Positions 40,763 to 53,096 of a stretch of DNA of 64,000 nt are shown piece by piece (within the stretch, counting starts at the first letter, position 1; each line of letters begins with the position of its first letter). The stretch is from Octopus vulgaris (taxonomy: Eukaryota), in NCBI GenBank assembly GCA_951406725.2, contig OX597817.1, forward strand, positions 14,818,001-14,882,000. The letters run 5' to 3'. The notes beneath the pieces are model-generated. The model ran no database searches. It saw only the letters and a program-made list of their open reading frames with translations, and was not told the DNA's origin. Made by a program: the position numbers and the translations under genes.

Positions 40763-40769
<7 letters not shown>
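40623..40769. repeat. Two ~46-bp direct copies separated and flanked by (TA)n
   Basis: TACAAGATAAGAGAGTTGCATTTACAACCCCTATCTCAATTTGTGT at ~40623 and ~40722. Confidence 0.9.
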
Positions 40770-40827
<58 letters not shown>

Positions 40828-43226
40828 CGATGCCGAGAATTAGAAGATAGAAAATGTTTTTAAAAAAGCCTCTCCCTTTCGTTGGTAACTAAAAGGGGTG
40901 GGTTTGTTGCATCTTCAATGAAATCTGGCGAGTCAGAGTTCGCATGGCTAAAATTTTAATGAGTGTGACTAAATAGTAAAATAAAATTCATTTGATAATC
41001 TGAAGACGAGCAGTAAGAGAAAGAGATGCAATAACAGAAATCTGTCAAACCAATGAATACCAACGACGGATATTATTATTGTGCTGACAAATACATACCT
41101 AAACAAAATATAGCTGAATGAAGTGCATCCATTCATTGACCACAGAATTAGTTACAAATCAATTTACTTGTTGTATCGAACGACAACGAAGCTTCAAAAA
41201 GACCTTTTTATGTTGTTTACCCCACAAAAGAGAAGACCCATGATCAAGGTGTTCCTGTCGTAACCATTCCACCTCTGTCCCTTGTTTAGATAGTGTATTT
41301 ACAACCACCTTAACCAATGTCCCTTTTTTTATAATTTTATTGAGACGAAAGGGTGATTTAAGGAAGTATTAGCTGCCATTTCTAGCAGATCGAGCGGCCA
41401 CAAAGAGACCTGTCTCTTGGCACACGACAATTATTGTTCCTCTTCATGTTAACCGTGATCAAGAGCAGCCTTGACCACTGCACTTTAAGGAGTATCTCTA
41501 ACTGCATTACCTAATGTGTCCTTCACCTTTTTTTTCTTCTTTTTAAATGGAGACAGGGAATGGTAATTTGGGGGATATTTGGCTAACTGTAGCACGTTGA
41601 GCGACCACAAACAATCTTTATAAGATCGAAGAATTGTTATATCGCAAAGAGGTGGTGCTTCGGAACCGGTATGGAGCGGAGCAAAGTAGATTCTCTGAGA
41701 GTTTAGCATTGTAAAGTTTAAAGAAACGGCAAAACTATAAACCAAAGAAATTAGAAATATAATCAATTGTTGCAAGTCGGTTATAGCATTTTTTTGGTCT
41801 TGCATGCCAGCATGTTTTAAATAAAAATGATTTAATTTCGTTATGATAATGAAACAATCTATCGTCTAAAGAATGAAAGAACAAACTATTGTTTAAAAGA
41901 ATCCTAAAAGATAAGAAAAATTCTAAATTATGTTGTCATTGTAAATCTATTTTCTTATACTTTAGCGATCTAATCTTTGGGTGAAATCCGCTTTATCAGT
42001 GGTCAGATTGAACCAGCATGTGAAGTGGCAGAAGGATAATAGATACGAAAAAGAGCCCGAAATATTCCGCCGAGGTCGACTTTGCCTTTCATCCTTTCGG
42101 GGTCGATAAATTAAGTACCAGTTACGCACTGGGGTCGATGTAATCGACTTAATACCTATGTCTGTCCTTGCTTGTCCCCTCTATGTTTAGCCCTTGTGGG
42201 TAATAAAGAAATAGGTATCTAGTTAGGTGCCTCGTTATTCAGAATTTAGGCGAAGTTTCGCATGTCGTAGCGCTACTACAACCGAAACTATGCCAGAATT
42301 TAAATTTCATAAACCTTGAACTACCTATGTAGCTTTACAGGTTAATAATAAAGAAATACCAGTAATATATTGTATCTATAAATGTCCCCACATCCTCTTT
42401 GTAAACAGTGAAAGATCTGTCATCAAAAGAAATCGTTTTTCTTTTTTAAGAGTTAATCGTTTGGTCTTTAAATTTATCAAAATTGACAACTGCTATCTTG
42501 AGGGTAAATATCAAACTATATAACTGCTTGTTGAATAAGGAAGGACTTCTTGTTTTCTTCCGAATTTAAGATTACATAATGAATTGGTAATCAGTTTTAT
42601 GTTTAAAAACCTCATTAAGTCTCTCTCTCTCTCAATTTATACGAACGACATGTGTTCATTTTCACTTCTCACAGCAGATTTAACTCATTGGAATTTAATT
42701 TTCTTTTACGTACTTTTATCAATAAATTACGTTTGGAACATATCGATTACTTCTAAAGTAAAAAAAAAAAAAATTTTTAATAAGAACAACAGAAAGAGAG
42801 AGAATAATTAAGATGAAGAAAAAGACTGCATCTTCACAAGGCGAAAACAAACATTCCAACATCCCAGGTGATAAACATTCTATTCAGCATCTGCGATAAG
42901 TCGTCAGTTTGGTTGTCAATAGCAACACACAACGACTCTACTCTTTCAAAATAAATAACTTAAGACGACGAAATGAGTATAAAACAGTCAACATATTAAG
43001 CGATATTAAGCTTTTACTGCAAGAAGCTGTGTATTTAATTGTATATAAACACGAAATATGAAGCGCATAGCATCATCGGAACACTTAATTTAATCACACA
43101 GGTGTTGGATAGATTGTTTACGCCCCCTAACTATTCAGGTAAAGCAGTCAGGTAAACGGAAATCGAAAGTACTTATATATACAAAAAGCCACGGATATAT
43201 AAAATATTGCATGTTAAATTACATAC

Positions 43227-43512
43227 GTAGTGTCGGGGATGATGTCTCGACTTTTGTTCGTTCAAAATTTCCCGGATTCGAAAAATAATCTCGCAATCTG
43301 GGTAGTTCACGTCCGGATTCAACCAGCTCAGTGTGTAACTCCAGAGCAGTAAGAACAAAATTATCGCGTAAGAGCTTCACGGCAATATTATCCCAAGAAA
43401 TATCTGTACAGTCCGAACTAGGAGACTTTTCTGAAGCCTTTTCTTCAAGCTCATTCTCAATAAAATCTCCATCGTCCTCAACGAACGGATTAGAATTAGA
43501 ACCATCCGCCAT
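43227..43512 (-). CDS. RELCH: RELCH/KIAA1468 (RAB11-binding, LisH, coiled-coil and HEAT repeat protein), coding exon 1
   Basis: Translation MADGSNSNPF...WDNIAVKLLRDNFVLTALELHTELVESGRELPRLRDYFSNPGNFERTK matches the conserved RELCH N-terminus as I recall it (LLTALELHTELLESGRELPRLRDYFSNPGNFER). The exon ends at a C|GTATGT donor (phase 1). Confidence 0.92.
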
Positions 43513-43770
43513 TTTGAGTTATGATTTATGCAATGCAATTTTGCTTATATTTTGTTTCGGATTTTGTAAATTCAAACTTATTTACTAACGGAACCGGTTA
43601 TTAATTTGCTTTTAAATATTTATGGTTATTGATAAAAGTTTAAACGACAACTATATAAATTCGTGTTTATTTCCAATTCTACTCGTTTTGCGTCACGTGA
43701 TCAAAGCGCGGGAAAAAATTATTGTTAGATCTTCTCGTTGAATGAGTTTTGTGTTATTTCCCTGTTGACC
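43513..43770. promoter_or_regulatory. Bidirectional RELCH/CDT1 promoter and 5' UTRs
   Basis: 258 bp lie between the divergent ATGs. Motifs: TGCGTCA/GTCACGTGA (CRE-like plus E-box, 43689-43700), E2F site GCGCGGGAAAA (43706-43716), CHR-like ATTCAAA (43570-43576), and a YY1 motif CCGCCATTTTG (43506-43516) overlapping the RELCH ATG. Confidence 0.75.
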
Positions 43771-44283
43771 ATGGAAGCGAAACAATCGACTCTCACGAAC
43801 TACTACAACGCTCGAAAGAAAAACAGTCAGACGAAATTAGTTCAAGATAAATCTGCGAATGAAAATGCTGTGGCGATAAAGCTAACCAAAGAGAGTAGTA
43901 GTAAATTAAGTCCTGTTCAATCGAAAAATATATCTCGATCTAAAAGATACAACCCGACTCGAACTTCTGTCGTCGAATTACTCGATACTTGCAACGAACA
44001 AAGCACTAAATTGGAATCACCGAAAAGTAAGAATCAAATAAAACCCGAGACACCACCTTTCTGTCATAAGACCCAAGACAATCGACTCATTTGTTCCCCG
44101 TCCAAAAGAAAACACACAGATACCTTGCCCGACCAAAATACAAGGACCCCTGAATCAAATAATGAATTTACAATTATCAAACCTACGAAATCGGCTCGGA
44201 AGCGGTTACCTTTATTTGACGAAAAAGATAAGGAAACGGAGCCAAATGAATTACCAGAAGAAAAAACCAAAGATATCGAATCT
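43771..44283 (+). CDS. CDT1: CDT1 replication licensing factor, exon 1 (PIP degron, CDK sites, Cy motif); 3' end uncertain (44283 or 44367)
   Basis: ACC-ATG start and MEAKQSTLTNYYNARKK, a PIP-box degron. Many S/T-P sites and a KSARKRL RxL motif follow. Phase-0 donors occur at 44284 (GTACAG) and 44368 (GTAAGT). Confidence 0.85.
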
Positions 44284-45244
44284 GTACAGTATTTCTTGTT
44301 TTTTCCTTTCTTTTGTTTTAAACTCTGTAGCATAGATTTACCTGTTTATGTATCACACCTTGACTTTGTAAGTTATATCCATGTACTTCTGAATGATTAA
44401 GAAATAATGGTTATAATTGCAATAGAAACTGATTTTTGATTATTATTGATTTCATAACAAAACTCTATCACTTGAAACATTTTTAAGGGAGAATTCTATG
44501 ACAATTTATTTACATTTTCTTTTTTCAGAATCATCACCTTATTTAGATTTGGTATTAAAACCTTAAGAACTACCTATTATAAATTATATATATTTCATTC
44601 ATTTTCACTGAATATTGAAATCACAGCCTTATGACTAGTGAAGATAAACTGTTATTTATTTACATTGTGGAGTTGTGTGTGAAAAGATGCACAACACAGC
44701 AGTGACTTCCTTTGTGTTGAGGGCATCAGAGTTCTAATTGGGGTGTCTTGAAGTAGAATTAATCAAGATTGAATGTGTAATGCAGAACCTGTTGAAACTT
44801 AGTTTGTGCTTTCAGTCCTGATTGCAACTTTTATCCAAAAGTTGAAAATGGTCAGAGCTACTCAGTCAATTCTAATACATACATTCCATGGTTGGCATTC
44901 TTTCGTTTTATGATCACACATTGAAAGTGGGAAATGATTGTAAATAATCAGCATTGAAATTTTGAAAGAAAAGAAATTCAAAAACTGTTATCTGTAATTT
45001 TAAATATGGATTTAAGAAAAAAATTGGGAATAAAATTTAATATTTTGTAGAGATTTTTTTTTTTTTTTTGGTAAAATTGTAAATTTTGTTGTTAAAAGCA
45101 GAAATCCGAAGAAACGTAGGGGGAAAAAATCTTTTTTAGGGTTGGTGTGTGTATTGACACGTCTGCCTGGACATTTCTGGTTAGTGTCTATTTATACACT
45201 TTCATTGTAATCACAAATCAAAAGAATCTGTGGTAGGGTCATAG

Positions 45245-45322
45245 TTCACCAAGACTAACCATTGTACCTTTTCACCAAGACCAACCTTTGTACCTTTTCA
45301 CCAAGACTAACCTTTGTACCTT
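45245..45322. repeat. 3 x 26-bp minisatellite
   Basis: TTCACCAAGACTAACCTTTGTACCTT repeated three times with 1-2 substitutions. Confidence 0.85.
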
Positions 45323-45329
45323 CATCATT

Positions 45330-45800
45330 TTCTATGAAGATATTACAAAGGCTTTTCAGGCATCTATAAGAACACTTTGTAAATAAATGTTCTCATTGCT
45401 GACTTTATGTTAGACCAAAATTTCGGACACTTCATATTTCATATTACCAAAACATTTTTTTAGATAAAATGCCCTTATTCTCATAAAACCCAAAGGCACT
45501 CTATGAACGAGCAATGTTCACATGCATCTTTCAGACTACAGCCAAACATGTCATTACTGGTTAAGTATACTTTGATCACCAATTTTCTACTAATACTAGT
45601 TTCCTCTACCTACTATTAACAGCCTATATTCCTACAAATGATGAAAATAACTTGATTAACTGAGGCTAAATCAATATATCTTAGTCTATGAAAGGTACAA
45701 CTCAGAACTATCATTGTTTAAATGACTTTGATAGTCACAAAGAACAAATTGTTTAATTGGAATCACCAAAAGAGTTGACTTATACCTGAAACACCACAAA
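45330..45800 (+). mobile_element. Possible highly decayed Helitron Pif1-helicase remnant
   Basis: Faint ordered remnants KAFQASIRTL, VLIADF, FRLQPNM and AYIPTNDENNLIN resemble helicase motifs (AFEAxDRTL, GDF, LxxNMR, LAPTNxxVxxIN). The match is weak. Confidence 0.3.
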
Positions 45801-47465
45801 GTTAATCTACGGATTAGTTTTCCATCCAAGAGAAAGCAAACATGCTTTGACTGGCCAAAGTATAAGGACTTTTAAATGCAACAATGAATTTAAAGATATC
45901 TATCTGGTTAAGTCAGAATGGAAATGTTTACCACTATTTGATGAAAATCACAGGATTTTAATTCATAAGATGCATGAAGAATGTATTTATTTTCCATATT
46001 TTTTTTACTTGTTTCAGACATTTGACTGCGGCCATGCTGGAGCACCGCCTTTAGTCGAGCAAATCGAACCCGGGACTTATTCTTTGTAAGCCCAGTACTT
46101 ATTCTATCGGTCTCTTTTGCCGAACCGCTAAGTTATGGGGGACGTAAACACACCAGCATCAGTTGTCAAACACACACATATACGACAGGCTTCTTTCAGT
46201 TTCTGTCTACCAAATCCACTCACAAGGCATTGGTCGGCCCGGGGCTATAGCAGAAGACACTTGCCAAAGATGCCACGCAGTGGGACTGAACCTGGAACCA
46301 TGTGGTTTGTTAGCAAGCTACTTACCACACAGCCACTCCTGTATGTTCATAATACACTCAATTCACCAGTATAAAGGGACTTTGAGACACCCCATTCTCC
46401 TTATTGTGTTTCCTCAGCCAAAGCAGTTTCGCATCTCACTAGACCAATGAGTCTAAGAAGAGTGTAAGGTCTTGTTTATTGTAATCCACAAACAGATTAT
46501 TTGCTGATGTCTACCAGTAATTCATGGGGTGCATGTAGACCAGAATCCAAACAGTAAAATATACATTCTTAATACACCAGGCAGATTCGAACATGAATCT
46601 CTGATCATTGTTGTTTTTCGTCATCAGAGAACACCTCCTCCCTTTAGACAATGTATGATTATAACACGTGATTCACCAGTGTGAGAAGACTTTGGGACAC
46701 AACAATCTGACTTCATTGTATATGTCCTCAATCAAAAAGATGAGTCATATGATTTACCTGAAGAAAATGGTAACAAAAGCATCTATATCATAACTAAACT
46801 ACATGGCCCTACATATCCCCCCACATGGCCTTGCTTTTTGAGCCAAAAAATTAACTAACTAACTAACTAACTAAACTCACTTCTAGCATTTCTACATTTC
46901 GCTTGATTCTATACCATATACTATTCCAACTTCATAATAAATACTGGCGTTTACGGTATGCTATAGTTATGTTTTCTCCAACTTAGCAGTTTTGATACCA
47001 AAATAACTCCTGCTACTATGGCACAAAACTTGGTTTAAAGTGATCTAAATTGAAACCTCTGGTCAAAATTTCGTGCTTATTTGTCCCAAACACCAGCTTA
47101 ATGATGAGAAGAGTTATTTAACTAAATTCTCCATTATTTTTCCCAATTAACTGAAACAAGCTGGTGCCACAAAAATGTGATTGTGCAGTACCATGTAAAA
47201 ACACCAAGCACACTCTGTAAAGTGTTGGTATTAGGAAGGACATCCATCCATAAAAACCATGGACAATGGATATTAAATGATGATGAACAAGAGGAGGATG
47301 AAACGCAGTGTGTATCAATAGAAATATAGTAACAAAGGGCTTAAAACTAAAAATTTTGAATATTGATTTTAAATTTTGATATGAAGTCTGTATGTTTAGA
47401 GGAGGAAGCTTGTCGATTTTATCAAACCCAGAACTCAACTGGTACTTATTTTGTCAACTCCTTAA

Positions 47466-47677
47466 CCCTTTCATTACCGTATTTATTTTGAGATGCTCTG
47501 CGTTTCTTTCAATTATAACAAAGAATTTAGTAAAATAACTTTGTTATCATTAAGCTAATGTTGGGAACATAAATTGGGACTAAGGTTTGGTGGAAGATTT
47601 TAATTCAAAACTTATAAAAACAAGACATTTGTACTACAGAGCCAGAGCCAGTTTCAGCCGGGTTGGTAATGAAAGGG
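47466..47677. mobile_element. piggyBac-like MITE, uninterrupted
   Basis: TTAA|CCCTTTCATTACC ... GGTAATGAAAGGG|TTAA. Confidence 0.9.
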
Positions 47678-48754
47678 TTAAAGAATGAAGGAGTTAGCCT
47701 CAGCAGAATTAAATATTAATGATATATAATACCCAATCTTTCAACTATAATAGTTTGAAAGGAACATAGAAAAGAATTACTTGGCACATATGTAATATGA
47801 ATTTGATACTTAGTTCAGATATATGTAGCATATTTAAATTTATTTCAGTTAGATGGTATCAAACGTTTAGGCATTGTACTGAGTTAAAAGGATGGAATTT
47901 TAGGCTTCATGAATAAGATGTGGACTAACCCTTTTGATACCAACCCACCTGAAAGAAAGTGCCTTTCATTGTATGTTAGAAATTTCCTGTTTTAAATCTA
48001 TCATCATCATCATGGTTTAGCATTTGCTTTCCATGCTGGCATGGGTGGATAGTTTGAAAGGAGCTAGCCAGGCAGAAGCCTGCACCAGACTTCTGTGATT
48101 TTTTGGCAGGATTTTTACAGCTGGATGCCCTTCCTAACACCAGCCACCCACCAGAGTGGACTTAGTGCTTTATATGTGTCACAAACAGAGGCGAGATCAG
48201 TTTTGGCAATATTTTACAGCTGTATGCTCTTCCAAACACCATCCACTTTACAGTGTGAGCTGGATGCTTTTTAAGTGGCACCTGCACTGACAGGGTCACC
48301 AAGTAACTTGCAAGATAAAAATCTTTTTGAGAGGGGATGGGGACATTGGAGGAAGTGACCTTGTGTCAGATGATGCAAAGTTATAGCGAGGCAGAGACAA
48401 ACACGTGTCTTGCTGTAGAGGAGGTACAAGGTTACCTGACTGGAGAGACAGAGTGGGGAACATCAGGATAGAAATGGTGGAAAAGTGCCGGACATTCTCA
48501 GAAGAGACGGGATCATAATATAAATGGGATGGTTGAGTAAAATTCCATATACTACCTAATAATGAAAAAGTTATTTTACTAAATTCTTTTATTTTCAAAA
48601 TTAAACAAAAGTTGTGTTTTTTACCAGAAATATAGTAACCAAAATGGTGAACATTGTTAGACACATTTTGGGGCAAATGTAGCCTAGCCATCCCAATAAG
48701 GGACAGCAGTAATGTCATGTGATATAAAGCAGTTGGGGATATTTTAGCTGTTAA

Positions 48755-49278
48755 CCCTTTTGTTACCAACCTGGCCGAAACCGGCTCTGGCTCTGTAGTA
48801 CAAATATCTTGTTTTCATAAGTTCTGAATTAAAACCTTAGTCACAATTTTTGTTCTTAACAGTAGCTAAATGATAACTAAGTTATTTTACTAAATTCTTT
48901 GTTGCCAGTGCCGCCTCGACTGGCTTCCGTGCCGGTGGCACGTAAAATGCACCAATCCGACCGTGGCCGTTGCCAGCCTCGACTGGCACAGTGGCACGTA
49001 AAAAGCACCAACCGATCATGGTCACTGCCAGACTCCCCTGGCACGTAAAAAGCACCCACTACACTCACGGAGTGGTTGGCGTTAGGAAGGGCATCCAGCT
49101 GTAGAAACACTGCCAGATAAGACTGGAGCCTGGTGCAGCCTTCTGGCTTCCCAGACCCCAGTCGAACCGTCCAACTGATGCTAGCATGGAGAACGGACGT
49201 TAAACGATGATGATGATGATTTTAAAATTGATTGAAAGAAACACAGAGCATCTCGAAATAAATACGGTAACGGAAGGG
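48755..49278. mobile_element. Same piggyBac-like MITE in the opposite orientation, with an RTE 3' end inserted (48904-49219)
   Basis: TTAA|CCCTTTTGTTACC ... GGTAACGGAAGGG|TTAC. Confidence 0.8.
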
Positions 49279-49949
49279 TTACAGTTTCTACATTGCCTGC
49301 TACTGCATTGTCACTCAGCATGTTAGAAATAGCACCTGGTCTCCCTTGAATCAGTTCCTATTGTTTTTAAGAAGACAGAATATACTGGATGTAGTTTTGG
49401 GTGTCACATTATCATTTAGCATCTATGTGCCATGCTGGCATGGTTTGGGATGGCTCAATAGGATCCAACAGGTCAGAGGATTGTGTCAAACTCCAGTGTT
49501 CGTTTTGGCATGGTTTTTTAAAGCCGGGTGCCATTCTCAGCACCAACCATTTTACAGAATGTACTGGGTGCTTCTTCATATCACCATCACTGGTGAGGTT
49601 GCCAAGTAGCTCACAAAAAAATGATCCTTTTGATTGAGGGAAGTGAGTTGTACCAGATGTTGATAGGCAAGGAGTATGATCGAAAGATATAAACAGATGT
49701 CCTACCTCTAGAGAAGACACCATAGCTGATGAAGGAAAGATGGTGATAAGGTGTTAAGACATAGCCTTAAGTTATAGAGGGTGAATGCGAGGAGGTAAGG
49801 ATAGATGAAAAACCTGGAACGCCTCTAATCATGCAACTACTTGAATGGAGGCTAACCTAGTCCACTGATTTTTCATACATATATATACATATGGGATGTA
49901 TTATGATACTATTTCACAGCCATACCAACAATCCAACATACCTCCATCA

Positions 49950-50340
49950 TATCACTGTCACTTTGACCGACCAGTCCGTCAGGCATCCATTTGACACCGC
50001 TGGTCACAGCACGCTGTCCACTCCTCTCTGGATCGCGCCTTTCTCATCCACGTGATCCCAATCGTCCTCCTGAAATCGTAACTCCACCGTCGTGGAGGTC
50101 TTCCAGTTGGTCTTTTTTCCGCTCACGCGTGTACCACTCGACAACTGCATGCATCCACCGATTATCGGTGAGCCGGGCGACGTGTCCAGCCCATCCATAC
50201 TTGCTGCGTGTATACTCTGCGATGACATCTCTCACGCCGGACTTTCTGATGATCTTGCTACTTATGTGCTCTCTCAATGAGATACCAAGCATTGACCTTT
50301 CCATGGCTCTTTGAGCCGTTACCAGTCTTGGCTCTTCTCT
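49950..50340 (-). mobile_element. RTE (BovB-like) LINE 3' fragment
   Basis: RLVTAQRAMERSMLGISLREH...VRDVI...WAGHVARLTDNRW...VVEWY. Confidence 0.88.
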
Positions 50341-51697
50341 CTATCATCATATATATATATATATATTTCCAACTCAACCTCAGTTACTCCCACCTGTCCT
50401 AATATAATGCAGAATGGCTATGTACCTCCTCGACAACAACAAACCTGTTCCTGTCCCTTCTATCATATTTTAACCTCTTGAAACTAAGCATGAAGTAACC
50501 TACCCCTCTACTATATTCCCACTCAATTGAGGATGCTCTATAAGTCTTGCAAGTTATTACATGGCAATCTCACTAGCGCTAATGCCATGGAAAGAAACAC
50601 CAAATGCATTATGTAAAGTTTTGGCTTAAGGGGAAGGAAATCCAGCTGTAGAAACCATGAAGCATTGGAGCAAAATGGTCCTCTGATCCACTGGATCATG
50701 TTGGACCTTCCAACCCAATCCAACATGGAAAGCAGACATTAAATTTCATATAAATATTACTTATGCATATGGTTGGCTTTGAGTATGTGCCCTTGATGAG
50801 GCCCAACAAAGTTGAAATGCATCTGGTTTCTTGCTGACCATTGCTGGAATGATTTTTGTTTCCCTACAATGTATGTATTGTGTTTTTAAATGCAACAAAT
50901 CCATAAGAGATGTTATCTCTAGACGAATACTACAGTAAATTTGCCTTTTAATGATGTATTTACGTTAAGTATGATACACAGATACACACATACGCATGTG
51001 TGTGTGTGTGTGAAAATATGTATACATGCAAAGTTCCTCTCTCAAATTTATTGTTGACAACTAAATGTAGGATGGTGTGAATTTTTTTATGAACTGGCGT
51101 TGGCATCAGTGATTACATTTTTTTACAGTTCTGCAGCAAATAAACATTAAAATGTTTTGAAGAAATATTACAAGCTTTGTATAGTAATAAAAATTGTTGC
51201 ATTACCATAGATATATTTCATCTGTGTTTACGTTCTGAGTTCAAATTCCGCCGAGGTCAACTTTGCCTTTCATCCTTTCAGGGTCAATAAATTAAAAGTA
51301 CCAGCTGCATACTGGGATCGATCTAATCGACTGCCCCCTCCCTCCCCAAAAATTTCATGCCTTGTGCCTAGAGTAGAAAAGAATATATGTGTGTGTGTGT
51401 GTGTGTAGGTGTTTGTTATTAGGAAGGGCATCCAGCCATAAAAATCATGCCAATGCAGATAGTGGAGCTTGGCCCAGTCCTCTGGTTTGGCAGCAACTGT
51501 TTGACCTATACCAGTATGGAAGACAGACATTAAATGATGATAGTGATATATATATATGTAGATATATGTTAAATAAAATACCCATTCTACCCAGCACTTG
51601 TAACATCCAACATATATTTTTATTTTTATATTTCCATTTATACTTCCTATATCTCTCCCTTTCCAAACTAATTTCTTATATTTAACTCTCTTGTATT

Positions 51698-51745
51698 GTC
51701 TCTGTTGAAGGGATATCCTTCATATCTCTGAAACAGCTGTAAGGC
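51698..51745 (+). other. Decayed Penelope-type minimal hammerhead ribozyme motif
   Basis: GTCT-CTGTTGA-AGGGATA/TATCTCT-GAAA-C-AGCT-G-TA-AGGC. All stems pair, but core CUGAUGA has become CUGUUGA. Confidence 0.6.
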
Positions 51746-53096
51746 TACCTTTCTCTTTTATAAATGTCCTAGAAATTTCACACTGCCTTGACTTTGTTGT
51801 CTCATTTTATTCAGTTTATACATGCTCACACACAACCCACATTAGTTTCCTCACTCATACTATTATCAAACCAGAAGTCTAACTATGGTCCTTCTGCAGC
51901 ACTTACATGGCCTTACCTGCATTTTGGGTCTTCCGGATACCAAAACCTCTTATATGTAGAGAGACAGACATATTGGTTTGTATACTTAGTAGTCTGTTAG
52001 CATATGTATGTATAAGCATTTACATAAATGTGAGTGTGCATGGCTCTGGGTTCAGTTCTACTGCATGGTGTTTTGGGCCAGTCTCTTTTACAGCTCCCAG
52101 GTCTACCAAGGCCTTATGAGTGGATTTGGTAGGCAGAAACTGAAGGAAGCTAGTTGAGGGTTGGTAATAGGAAAGGCATCCAGCCATAGAAAATTTGCAT
52201 GTTTATTTACATTTATGTTGTTTGTATAAGTATATATTCTTACATCCCAGGCAATCTATATACTTGTTTGAATCTAAGAGCTTTGGGGGGGGGGGATTCT
52301 GGCAATAGTGATTTTGCCCAAAACTTCAGTAAAGTCAGCCTGGTGTCAATCAATTTACAGTGTTTTGTTTGGTGCCAAGCTGACTTGGTGCCAAGCTGAC
52401 CAAAGATGATTGTGCTGGCTTTTTAGGAATATGTTAAGAAATGGGAATCATTTAGCGTCCGCTTTCCATGCTAGCATGGGTTGGACGGTTCAACTGGGGT
52501 CTGTGAAGCCAGAAGGCTGCATCAGGCCCAGTGTTTCTACGGCTGGATGCCCTTCCTAACGCCAACCACTCCGTGAGTGTAGTGGGTGCTTTTTACGAGC
52601 CACCCGCACAGGTGCCAGATGGAGCTGGCAAACAGCCACGGACGGATGGTGCTTTTTACGTGCCACCGGCACGGGGGCCAGGCGAGGCTGGCAACGGCCA
52701 CGAACGGATGTTGCTTTTTACGTGCCACCGGCACGGGGGCCAGGCGAGGCTGGCAACGGCCACGAACGGATGTTGCTTTTTACGTGCCACCGGCACGTAA
52801 TAATAAATAACAGGTTTAACTAATATTATTTATGTTTGTCTTTATTGTTTTGAAATACAATTCTATATTTCTATGAGGAATTTAGATATGTTATTATTTG
52901 GAGTAGTGTCTTCATCTTGATTGTTGCTTTCACTACATTTCAGGTGTGTATGCTTCACCTTAGTGAATCACAACACACCTGAAGAAGGTTGAAGCATACA
53001 CTGCTGAAACAGTGAAAGCAACAATCAACATGGTTTGTCACATCGAATAAAAAATATTTCATATTGATAAAATTTATCATTTATTTATCTCAACAG

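Noticed and set aside
43738-43770. ORF-track start for CDT1 at 43738
   Set aside because: It is a TTG codon. The ATG at 43771 has good context and places the PIP degron at the N-terminus, as in other CDT1 proteins.
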